DNA of 64,000 nucleotides from a bacterium (lineage in GTDB: Bacteria; Patescibacteriota; Minisyncoccia; Phycocordibacterales; Phycocordibacteraceae), in contig JAJYHK010000004.1 in the NCBI GenBank assembly GCA_021784815.1, positions 16,255 to 80,254 on the forward strand, given 5' to 3'. This document shows, in pieces, positions 1-8,901 of the stretch. The notes under the pieces were generated by a model. That model made no database searches, had not been told where the DNA came from, and saw nothing but the letters and a program-made list of their open reading frames with translations. A program made the position numbers and the translations under genes. Numbering within the stretch: the first letter of the stretch is position 1; each line of letters opens with the position of its first letter.

Positions 1-137
1 ACATGGTCGACGGCTTGCGGGCGGTGCTCATCGCAGGCACGAGCGCTGGGATAGCTCTCGATCTCTCGGTTCTTTTCGTGACGACGCTCATCATCTCGCT
101 GTTGAGCGCATACATGTACCCGAAGGTGGTGATGTAG
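1..137 (+). CDS. 3' end of probable ABC-2 transporter permease (partial)
   Basis: Frame 3 reads MVDGLRAVLI...LDLSVLFVTTLIISLLSAYMYPKVVM*, typical of an ABC-2 permease C-terminus. Confidence 0.6.
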   Translation, partial: MVDGLRAVLIAGTSAGIALDLSVLFVTTLIISLLSAYMYPKVVM

Positions 138-149
138 TACTATCTGGAT

Positions 150-731
150 ATGACTAAATTGTTCTCAATCGATACATCAAAAACAGCACTGGTCGTCATA
201 GACTTGCAAAAAGGCATCGCGGCGATGCAGATGGCGCCGCACTCAGCCGTCGACGTCATCGCAAACGCGGCAACGCTCGCGCAGGCGTTCCGAAAAAACG
301 GCGTACCTGTTTTTCTCGTGCGGGTGACGCCCTCGCCTGACAAGAAGGACGCGCTGCACCCGATCACCGACGTGTCAATGCAAATGCGCGATATGCCCGC
401 GGATTGGGCAACCATTGTGCCAGAGCTCGGGCCGGAGCCGACCGATTTTGTTATCACTAAGCACCAGTGGGGCGCTTTCTACGGCACCGAGCTCGACTTG
501 CAATTGCGTCGCCGCGGTATCGATACGATCGTCCTGTGCGGCATCTCTACTAATATCGGCGTTGAGAGCACGGCGCGCTTCGCGTATGAATACGGATACA
601 ACCAAATTTTTGCAGAAGATGCGTGCGCTTCGCAAGACGCATCGGATCATGTGTTCGCCATCGGAAAAATATTCCCGCGGATAGGCAGGGTGCGGAAGAC
701 AAACGAGATCATTGCGGCGATCGCTGGCTGA
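150..731 (+). CDS. Isochorismatase-family cysteine hydrolase (YecD-like)
   Basis: ALVVIDLQ, K.QWGAFYGTELDLQLRRRGI, GISTNIGVESTAR motifs. Confidence 0.9.
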   Translation: MTKLFSIDTSKTALVVIDLQKGIAAMQMAPHSAVDVIANAATLAQAFRKNGVPVFLVRVTPSPDKKDALHPITDVSMQMRDMPADWATIVPELGPEPTDFVITKHQWGAFYGTELDLQLRRRGIDTIVLCGISTNIGVESTARFAYEYGYNQIFAEDACASQDASDHVFAIGKIFPRIGRVRKTNEIIAAIAG

Positions 732-739
732 GGGTACGT

Positions 740-833
740 AACCCCGCCGAGATTCGAACTTTTTGGGAAATTAATATCGCTATATTTTAAGCCGTAGGCG
801 AAGGTACGACCCGAGTAGTTAGGATCCCTTCGC
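740..833. repeat. ~90-bp degenerate direct repeat, copy A (antisense tRNA T-arm plus GCGAAGG/CCTTCGC hairpin)
   Basis: Shares CCGAGATTCGAAC, GGAAAT, ATCGCTAT.TTTTAAGCC, GCGAAGG and TCCCTTCGC in order with 3532-3624. Confidence 0.8.
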
Positions 834-836
834 CCC

Positions 837-869
837 CCGCCCGAAGACTTTTGTATCGGACAGACCCGA
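837..869 (+). repeat. 33-bp att-like repeat, copy 1
   Basis: CCGCCCGAAGACTTTTGTATCGGACAGACCCGA identical to 35350-35382 and 36648-36680. Confidence 0.9.
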
Positions 870-967
870 CGGCCTTATTCTAGGCCATTATTACGCAGCA
901 CAATTTTAGGAAATCTAGCCCACCGCGAAGGGATTCGAACTTTGGAGTGATATGCTTTGAGTAAGTT

Positions 968-3565
968 ATGGAGAAAAACGCTGCAATACAACTCAGTCAA
1001 CAAGATTTTCTCGCTCAGATCAAATCTTCAACTGACGGCCTGACTTCGAAAGAAGCCGTAAAACGGCTCACAGAAGCCGGGGCGAATATTCTTGGCAAGA
1101 AGAAGGCGAACGCCCTTGCCGTTCTCGCTCGCCAATTCAAAAGTTCGCTCGTCTATCTTCTCATCGCGGCAAGCGCCATTGCGTATTTCATACAAGACGT
1201 CCAGGACGGCACCATCATTCTCGTCATTCTTCTTGTCAACACCGGGCTCGGCTTCTATCAGGAGTACAAATCTGAGCGCATTATCGAGAAGCTCACGCAG
1301 TTCATCACGAAACAGGTGCGCGTAAAGCGCGATGGGCAATTCTCGCTCGTTGACGAATCGCAGGTTGTGCCCGGTGACGTGTTGCAAATGCACGAGGGCG
1401 ATATCGCGTCCGCCGACATGCGCCTTTTCGAAGCAACGGGACTGCAGATCAACGAGTCTCAGCTCACCGGCGAATCGGTACCAGCCGTGAAGCAACCTGC
1501 CGGAGACAGGGTATCGGAAGATAATCTTGTTTTTGCGGGAAGCGTCGTCGAGAAAGGCGAGGGTATCGGCATCGTCTATGCCACCGGCCGGGATACCCAG
1601 CTAGGAGAGATTGCCAAACTTTCAACCGAGACGAAGAAGCAAACGCAGTACGAGAAGTTTCTTCAGTCATTCAGTTCGCAATTGATGCGAGTCATTCTCT
1701 CCGTGCTTGCCCTTGTTTTTGTCGCGAAGCTCTTTCTGACCCACGGCACCTCGAATATCACCGAGCTCCTTCTCTTTATCATCGCTCTTGCGGTCTCAAC
1801 GGTGCCCGAAGTCCTGCCCGTCATCGCGACCGTTACGCTCTCAAGCGGAGCATTGAGGCTTGCCAAAAAGCATGTCGTGGTGAAGCGTCTCTCCGCTATG
1901 GAAGACTTCGGCAATGTGAATCTCCTGTGCACTGACAAGACCGGCACCCTCACGGAAAATAAAATGACCGTGAGCAAGCTCGTCTCTTCGGATGGTGCAT
2001 TATTCCAGAGGTTTGCGTTCGCTTGTATTGCACCCATCAAACACCGCAAGCACCGAACTTCCAATTCATACGACGACGCATTCATCGCATTCGTATCGCC
2101 CGCGCTCCAAAAAGAGGCATCGCGCCTCAGCATTGTGAAAGAGCTGCCGTTCGATCCAGCGGATCGGCGCCGGCGCGTCGTGCTCGAAGACAAGAAGAGC
2201 GGCGAGCATTTTCTGGTCGTGATCGGGGCGCCAGAAGTCTTGTTGCACATAGCTCACACGCCGCAGCATGCGAAGTATCAGCATGATATCTCGCTTGAGG
2301 GTAAAACCGGTCTGCATCATCTGGCGATCGCGTACAAGAAAGTGGCGTACGGCGATGACTTCGATATCTTGAAGAACGAAACAGATCTCTCATTTTTGGG
2401 ATACGTCAGCCTGCTCGATCCGCTGCGGCCGTCTGTGAAAGGCACGATCGCGCGTGCGGCGAAACTCGGTATTAAGATTAAAATACTCACGGGTGATAGC
2501 CGCGAGGTCGCTGAGTATGTCGGCAAAGAAGTCGGACTCATGCAAGAAGGCGGCAAAGTCTACCTCGGCAGCGAGCTTGAGGCGATGCCGGCCGAAGAAT
2601 TCAAGACAGCGGTATTTGACAGCGACATTTTCGCTCGTGTCTCTCCCGAGCAAAAATTCAAGATCATCGAAACGCTCAAAGAGCGGTATACCGTTGCGTA
2701 TCAGGGCGACGGCATCAACGATGCCCCCGCGCTAAAGCTTGCCGACGTGGCGATCGCGGTGAACACAGCGACCGATATCGCCAAAGAGAATGCCGACGTC
2801 GTGCTCCTCAACCGCAGTCTCGAAGTCATTATTGGCGGGATCACGTATGGCCGCTCGATCTTCGTCAACGTAAACAAGTACATCCGGTATACAATGGGCA
2901 ACAACTTCGGCGTTCTCATCGGCCTCTCGGGGCTTTACCTGTTTTCCATCAATCTCCCCATCCTTCCCGTGCAGGCGCTTCTGAACAATCTCCTTGGCGA
3001 TATTCCGCTCGTCATGGTCTCGACGGACACCGTCGAGGACGAGGAGGTGGTCGCGCCGGAGCGGCACAACGTGAAGGAACTCATGTTCATCTCGCTTATA
3101 CTCGGCGTACCGACGGCGCTGTTCGAGATACTGTACTTCGCTCTGATCCGATCGCAGCCGGTCGCGTCCGTGCAGACAAGCCTGTATGTGTTCCTCACGT
3201 TCCAGGCACTCATCATTTTCTTTGCCGTTCGCAACAAAAAACATTTCTGGAAGGCGAAGGCTCCGTCAATGATTCTCGATATTTCATTCGCCCTCGCGTT
3301 TGTTTTCGCGCTCGGCATCATCTATGTGCCGCAGTTTGAAATATGGTTCTCGTTCGTTCCGATTTCCGCAGCAGCCATAGGCACCATCGCTGTCCTCATG
3401 ATGCTTTATTTCATTGCCGTTGATTATGTGAAGACATGGTACTATCGAGCACAAACGCAAATGCCCGAACCCTCGTATATTTCCGGTGTCGCTAGGGTGT
3501 ATACGGACGTGACGAGTGGTTTAATAGGCAGAACCCACCGAGATTCGAACCAACCTCGGAAATAG
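968..3565 (+). CDS. P-type ATPase, Mg2+-transporting (MgtA/P3B-like)
   Basis: TGES, PEVLP, DKTGTLT, TGD, GDGINDAPAL motifs; KYIRYTMGNNFG and LLNNLLGD resemble P3B pumps. Confidence 0.8.
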   Translation: MEKNAAIQLSQQDFLAQIKSSTDGLTSKEAVKRLTEAGANILGKKKANALAVLARQFKSSLVYLLIAASAIAYFIQDVQDGTIILVILLVNTGLGFYQEYKSERIIEKLTQFITKQVRVKRDGQFSLVDESQVVPGDVLQMHEGDIASADMRLFEATGLQINESQLTGESVPAVKQPAGDRVSEDNLVFAGSVVEKGEGIGIVYATGRDTQLGEIAKLSTETKKQTQYEKFLQSFSSQLMRVILSVLALVFVAKLFLTHGTSNITELLLFIIALAVSTVPEVLPVIATVTLSSGALRLAKKHVVVKRLSAMEDFGNVNLLCTDKTGTLTENKMTVSKLVSSDGALFQRFAFACIAPIKHRKHRTSNSYDDAFIAFVSPALQKEASRLSIVKELPFDPADRRRRVVLEDKKSGEHFLVVIGAPEVLLHIAHTPQHAKYQHDISLEGKTGLHHLAIAYKKVAYGDDFDILKNETDLSFLGYVSLLDPLRPSVKGTIARAAKLGIKIKILTGDSREVAEYVGKEVGLMQEGGKVYLGSELEAMPAEEFKTAVFDSDIFARVSPEQKFKIIETLKERYTVAYQGDGINDAPALKLADVAIAVNTATDIAKENADVVLLNRSLEVIIGGITYGRSIFVNVNKYIRYTMGNNFGVLIGLSGLYLFSINLPILPVQALLNNLLGDIPLVMVSTDTVEDEEVVAPERHNVKELMFISLILGVPTALFEILYFALIRSQPVASVQTSLYVFLTFQALIIFFAVRNKKHFWKAKAPSMILDISFALAFVFALGIIYVPQFEIWFSFVPISAAAIGTIAVLMMLYFIAVDYVKTWYYRAQTQMPEPSYISGVARVYTDVTSGLIGRTHRDSNQPRK

Positions 3566-3624
3566 AATCGCTATGTTTTAAGCCACGAGCGAAGGGGTGA
3601 CTCGAAGCTTTCGTGTCCCTTCGC
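3532..3624. repeat. ~90-bp degenerate direct repeat, copy B
   Basis: Homologous to 740-833; overlaps the ATPase stop codon. Confidence 0.8.
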
Positions 3625-3714
3625 TCCGCGGGAAATTTAAAGTATCGAGTGTTCGACGCGCCTATGTTAAACAGAGTTTACTTAAAGGGCCAATATGGTG
3701 TAGAGTCCATATAC

Positions 3715-4308
3715 ATGAACTATCAAAAAGGGTTGGCGGCAATCTGGATGATCGCACTTCTAATCATCGTCATTACGGGGGGCCGCTTATTGGTATTTGA
3801 GCCAGAGCCCAGTACAACCAACAGCTACCTCAACGACAGAATTGCAAACTCAGCAAGCATATCCCTCTCAATCAGGTCAGACTACTCAAGCGCAAACGAA
3901 CGAGCAAAATACGAACGTGCGATCTCAAACTACTACTGAAGTTAATCAGCAGACGAGCGATAATTCGACTTCTCCGACTCCTCAGTCTGTGACAGTTTCA
4001 AACCAAAATGGTCGGATGACCGCGACACCAACGGCTTCTAATACGTGGCAGTTTACTTTCGGCGGTCCGTTTGCAGAACAGCAGCAAAGCTACGTCTTGG
4101 ATTATGGTGACGGCACGTCACAGGTTAGCGTGCAGTGCAAAACCATGGCAACTAACGGCCAACCTGTCTGTAGTCAGCTTGCGCCGCTCACACACACACG
4201 TATTCGAAAGCCGGAACGTATCAGGTCCGGCTGATGGAAACGTTTGTCGGCGTCGGTCCTGGCAACGAACAAACGACCACGTTGCTGACATTGCAAGTGG
4301 CGAATTAG
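3715..4308 (+). pseudogene. Membrane-anchored PKD-domain surface protein split by two frameshifts
   Basis: MNYQKG-hydrophobic leader; frameshift in G6 (3777-3782); S/T/Q-rich linker; LDYGDG; frameshift in (CA)5 (4189-4198); then HTYSKAGTYQVRL...VAN*. Confidence 0.75.
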
Positions 4309-4495
4309 AATCTTTTTCTGACCGTTCTCCCTCGTTTTGTAACGTCGCCAACTCGCCGGGAAACCCTTGTGGGGCCTGATGGGTTTTGGTTCCTCCTCAC
4401 TAGGCACCTAAATCAATCTGTCAAACAACAAAGGAAAGTGAGATCGTGCCGCTTTCTACCAAGAATTAAAATTAATTTCACAAAGACTTCCTTCT

Positions 4496-4891
4496 ATGGA
4501 TAGAATCGATGTTGCTCAAAATAATCTGGGTGGTGACGAGGGCGGGGAACCTGTCGTAGCATCTACTTACTCGTTTGAGTTCGCGCGCGAAGATTTCGCA
4601 AAACATCGGGAGATAAAAGACAAGCTCCTCAAGGTCTTGTCATATGGGGGGTTCTGCACCTCAACTGTGATAACTGTTCTATCTATTACACTCGTGCTGC
4701 TGTTGCCTACTTTGAGTGAAAGGCCGATGTTTCTGGTGCTCGCTCTTGGTCTTGCAATATGGGTAGCGGCATCTGTGGCAGCTGGAATCGCAGGAGCCGG
4801 GATATTCTACTTTTTTGTGTTTCATCATGTTTCATTACAGAACCGAGATACGGAGACTCACAAAGAAAGAAAGGGCTCTCTATTTTCTTAG
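4496..4891 (+). CDS. Hypothetical membrane protein (2 TM)
   Basis: 131-aa ORF with two hydrophobic segments in AT-richer DNA. Confidence 0.55.
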   Translation: MDRIDVAQNNLGGDEGGEPVVASTYSFEFAREDFAKHREIKDKLLKVLSYGGFCTSTVITVLSITLVLLLPTLSERPMFLVLALGLAIWVAASVAAGIAGAGIFYFFVFHHVSLQNRDTETHKERKGSLFS

Positions 4892-4978
4892 AGAGAAGAA
4901 TCAAGTAAGTACCGTTTCGATATTTTATGCGGCATCCTCGCAGCATAGAACATTTCCTAAAACTCATTTCAATGATAA

Positions 4979-5099
4979 TGGCGAGTGAAAACGGCAAAAA
5001 TCCGTCGGGAGGCTCAATGAGGCCGTTTTAGCGTACCTGAGGTACGGGGAAACGGACGAAGCCGAGCCGCAGCAGGATTTTTGCCGTTTTCACTCGCCA
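4979..5099. mobile_element. MITE-like element with 25-bp perfect terminal inverted repeats
   Basis: TGGCGAGTGAAAACGGCAAAAATCC (4979-5003) and its exact reverse complement (5075-5099). Confidence 0.6.
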
Positions 5100-5191
5100 A
5101 TACATAAAGGAAACGTTTAGCCCCACAAACGAGTTTACTAGCGTTAGGGAGAAGTCCTCTCTAAACCCATAATGTAAGAAAGGGTCATTCT

Positions 5192-5878
5192 ATGGTAGTT
5201 CCACGATGCCTGGTCATCATACCGGATGGAAATCGGAGGTGGGCTCGTTCGCATAATTTGACCCGATCCATAGGCCATGCTCGCGGTCTTGTAAACTGCC
5301 GAACGATAGCTGCTGAAGCTTTTAATCTTGGCGTTGAACACGTTGTCATTTGGGCTGCCTCGGAAGCAAATCTGAAGAACCGCGACTCGCAAGAAATTGC
5401 GAATCTGTTTGTCTTGTTAAAAACCGAGCTAACGTATCGCTCAAAACAAAGAGAAAAGATAGGCGTTCATCTCTGTGGCATATTACAAAAGCAAAATGGG
5501 AGAATCGATACCGAATTTGAAGATCTTGTGAGAGGGGTCCAACAAAGAACCGCACATTTTGATCAGCACCTTACTATACTGTTCGGGTATAGTGGCGTGA
5601 CTGAACTTGTCGTTGCGGCAGAAAAGGCAGCGAAGGAAGGTCCTCCCACCGAGGCGTCCATTCGGAAGCATCTCTGGACCTCCCATTTGCCCGATGTTGA
5701 TCTTTTGATACGTACAGGTGTCGAGGGGGATCCTCATTGGTCCGATTTGCTTCTGCCATGGCAATTACGCAATACGCAGCTCTATTTCAGCGAAGTGTAT
5801 TGGCCAGCGTTCACCGTACAGCACCTCCAGGGAGCATTTGAGGATTATAGCGCGCGTGTTCGTAGAGCGGGCGCTTGA
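5192..5878 (+). CDS. uppS: Undecaprenyl diphosphate synthase (cis-prenyltransferase), divergent
   Basis: IIPDGNRRWA, SEANLKNR, LPDVDLLIRTG, LYFSEVYWPAF. Confidence 0.85.
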   Translation: MVVPRCLVIIPDGNRRWARSHNLTRSIGHARGLVNCRTIAAEAFNLGVEHVVIWAASEANLKNRDSQEIANLFVLLKTELTYRSKQREKIGVHLCGILQKQNGRIDTEFEDLVRGVQQRTAHFDQHLTILFGYSGVTELVVAAEKAAKEGPPTEASIRKHLWTSHLPDVDLLIRTGVEGDPHWSDLLLPWQLRNTQLYFSEVYWPAFTVQHLQGAFEDYSARVRRAGA

Positions 5879-5885
5879 GGTCGTC

Positions 5886-6428
5886 TTATAGACGACCTCT
5901 TTTATTTGCATGACTCGGTGCGTTTTCCAGGACGCGGCGCAGATATCGCCACTCATGCCAGGTGAGCGCAATAACGATCAGGTCGAGGACGGTGATGAAG
6001 ATAAGGAGAATCGAGTGCGTTGAGGTATAGCGGTAAATCTGATAGGCGACAAAGAGACAAAAGACGGCTATGGCGGTCGGATAATACCAGAGCCGCTTGC
6101 GTAGGAGACCGACGATGAGCCAGAGCTTCACGATGCCGTGAGCGAGGAGGTATATCGCCGCGAAGTCTCGAGCCCCTACGGACAAGCTTTGGGCGGTATG
6201 GAGCAGGTAGCGTGCGACCTTATCATGCGGGTCCTCGGCAAACTCCGCCTTCGTAACCCACAGGACCATCCGTACCAGAAACTCTTTCGATACGAAATAA
6301 GTGGCGATACCCGAGAGTATCTCTCCGAGCGCGGAAAAAGCTTTCAGCCACAGGCTGACATCGAAAACCAAGTGAATGTTCTTCTCGCTAAACAATCGTT
6401 TTATGCTAAAGGCATTTGTAGGCGGCAT
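5886..6428 (-). CDS. DUF2127-family membrane protein
   Basis: SLWLK...EDPHD...YLLAHGIVKLWL...WYYP pattern. Confidence 0.8.
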   Translation of the reverse strand: MPPTNAFSIKRLFSEKNIHLVFDVSLWLKAFSALGEILSGIATYFVSKEFLVRMVLWVTKAEFAEDPHDKVARYLLHTAQSLSVGARDFAAIYLLAHGIVKLWLIVGLLRKRLWYYPTAIAVFCLFVAYQIYRYTSTHSILLIFITVLDLIVIALTWHEWRYLRRVLENAPSHANKRGRL

Positions 6429-6513
6429 GGGCTAATAGTACCGCGACCGAAGAGGTGATTTGGCTACAAGACCTCTCTCCATAACTCTTTCGGGTGCGCT
6501 ATGATTCTCTGCA

Positions 6514-8901
6514 ATGCAGGCGGATACTATGGAAGCTCCGAAGGTTGTCGGCGCGCTCGATAATCAGTTCAAGGGGCTGGTGAGCGGGGAGCTTGAGGCG
6601 CTGCGTGAACGGTACGGCTACAACGAGCTTCCGGAATTTCGCGAGAACCCGTTTATACAGTATCTCAAGAATTTCTGGGGCCCGCTCCCGTGGCTCATGG
6701 AGCTCATCGTGGTCGTCACCTATCTGTCGGGCAACCAAGTGGAGGCGTTCATTATCGTGGCGCTACTCCTCGTGAATAGCGGGATCAACCTCGTCCAGCG
6801 CCATTCGGCCGATAGAGCGCTCGCGACGCTGCGCAAGGCGATCGAGGTTACCGCGCGGGTGAAGCGCGATGGCGCGTGGCAGGTCATTGCCGCTCGCGAG
6901 CTCCTCCCGGGAGACGTTGTGCGCCTGCGCGCGGGCGACGTGATGCCAGCCGATGCAACGCTTCTTGAAGGTTCGGTGAGCGTGGACCTTTCTGCGCTCA
7001 CCGGCGAATCGCTGCCGCGGGATCTCGGGGTCGAGGAAAACGCCTACTCCGGCGGCATCGTACGCCGGGGCGAAGCGACGGCCCGCGTAACAGCGACAGG
7101 GAAGCAGACGCGCTACGGGAAGACGACGCAGCTCCTCGAGACGGCCCATCCGCCGACCCATATGGAGAAGATCGTCTTTGCTATCATTCGGTACTTCTTT
7201 CTCATTAACGTGTGCGTGGCGGTCGGCATCACCGTATTCGGCGTGCTTGTCCGCGCGTCGAGTATACAAATCGCCAATTATGACATCGTCCTCCTGCTCA
7301 TGTCGGTACCTGTAGCATTCCCGACGATGTTTATTGTCGCGCAGACCTACGGGGCGCTCCAGCTCGGGGTCGACAGCGGCACAGGCGGCGATACGGGCAA
7401 GCGTGTGCTCACGCGGCGCTTGGGCGCGGTGCAGGAAGCAGCGGTCATGGACGTGCTTTGTAGCGATAAGACCGGCACGCTCACGCTCAATCAGCTCGCG
7501 GTTTCCGCGCTTACCACCTACGGAACCTACGACGAAGCGCGCCTACTCGGTCTCGCATCGGCGGCGAGCGACACGGCCGATAAGGACTCCATCGACCAGG
7601 CTATTTTGGACCGTGCCGCGGAGATAGGCGCCGTCGTTCCGGTACGCGCAAGCTTCACCCCCTTTGATCCCTCGACGAAGCGTACGCACGCTGACGTGAT
7701 GGACGGCAACGTACCGACGGCCGTTGAAAAGGGCCTTGCCGATCTACTGCTTTCTCCCGATGTACGCTACGCGGATGCGGCGTTGTGCGATGTGGCCGAA
7801 CTAAGCACGAGGGGGCTCCGCGTGCTCGCGGTCGTCGTCTCACACGCACAGGTGGGGAAAGAGTGTGCTGGGCTCATTGGCCTCAGTGATCCGATTCGTC
7901 CCGATGCCCCCGCGCTCATTCGCGAGCTCGGCGAGCTCGGCGTGCGGATCGTCATGATTACGGGGGATGGCCGCGTGACCGCCCGCGCGGTCGCACGCGA
8001 ACTTAGTATCGAAGGCGACGTCTACACGGCGGACGAATTGAAGAGGAATCCCGATATAGCGCTCACGGGCGCCGTGTTTGCAGAAGCATATCCCGAAGAT
8101 AAGCTCACGATCATCGAGGCGCTCCAGAGGGCCGGCCACATCGTCGGCATGACAGGCGACGGGGTCAACGATGCACCAGCGCTCCATCGTGCCGAGGTGG
8201 GCATTGCGGTCCTTGGGGCGACCGAGGTTGCCAAGCAGGCGGCGAGCTTTATTTTAACGAGCGGGGGCCTCGAAGGAGTGCGCCGGGTCGTCACCGCGGG
8301 TCGCAGAGTCTATACGAGAATCCACACCTGGGTGCTCAATAAGATCGTTAAATCGATCGAATCGCTCTTCATCGGCACGGTCATTTTCGTACTTACCCAC
8401 TCGTACGTTCTCTCGCCGCTCATTGCCATTCTTATTCTCCTCTCAAACGATTTTGTCACCATATCGCTCGCCGCCGACCACACAAAGCCGATCCGCCGGC
8501 CGGTCCGGTGGAATATCCCTCTTCTGGTTGTAGGATCCTTCGTTATTGCGTTTGTGCCCTACACGTTTACCATGGGTCTCTACCTGCTTGCCCGGCATGA
8601 CGGCTACTCCTTTGCGGTGGTGCGGACCGTGGTGTACGCGTCGCTCATTTATCTCGGCGCAAGCACGGTTCTCGCCGTCCGTGCCTGGCCCTTCGGCTGG
8701 AGCGTGCGGCCAAAAGGAGTCCTCGTCGCTGCGCTCTTGTTTTCGCTCGCGTTCTCGTCGGTTGTTGCGGGGTTCGGCATATTCATCGCGCCGCTGCCTT
8801 TACGATTCTTCCCGTTCGTTATCTTAAGCACTCTCGCGAGCTTCTTCCTCATCGAGCTCGTGAAGCGTATCTCGTTTATTCAGGCGTCCGTGGGGGTTTA
8901 G
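6514..8901 (+). CDS. P-type ATPase, plasma-membrane H+-efflux (P3A) type
   Basis: YGYNEL, FWGPLPWLME, VPVAFP, CSDKTGTLTLN, PFDP, MTGDGVNDAPAL, LSNDF. Confidence 0.85.
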   Translation: MQADTMEAPKVVGALDNQFKGLVSGELEALRERYGYNELPEFRENPFIQYLKNFWGPLPWLMELIVVVTYLSGNQVEAFIIVALLLVNSGINLVQRHSADRALATLRKAIEVTARVKRDGAWQVIAARELLPGDVVRLRAGDVMPADATLLEGSVSVDLSALTGESLPRDLGVEENAYSGGIVRRGEATARVTATGKQTRYGKTTQLLETAHPPTHMEKIVFAIIRYFFLINVCVAVGITVFGVLVRASSIQIANYDIVLLLMSVPVAFPTMFIVAQTYGALQLGVDSGTGGDTGKRVLTRRLGAVQEAAVMDVLCSDKTGTLTLNQLAVSALTTYGTYDEARLLGLASAASDTADKDSIDQAILDRAAEIGAVVPVRASFTPFDPSTKRTHADVMDGNVPTAVEKGLADLLLSPDVRYADAALCDVAELSTRGLRVLAVVVSHAQVGKECAGLIGLSDPIRPDAPALIRELGELGVRIVMITGDGRVTARAVARELSIEGDVYTADELKRNPDIALTGAVFAEAYPEDKLTIIEALQRAGHIVGMTGDGVNDAPALHRAEVGIAVLGATEVAKQAASFILTSGGLEGVRRVVTAGRRVYTRIHTWVLNKIVKSIESLFIGTVIFVLTHSYVLSPLIAILILLSNDFVTISLAADHTKPIRRPVRWNIPLLVVGSFVIAFVPYTFTMGLYLLARHDGYSFAVVRTVVYASLIYLGASTVLAVRAWPFGWSVRPKGVLVAALLFSLAFSSVVAGFGIFIAPLPLRFFPFVILSTLASFFLIELVKRISFIQASVGV

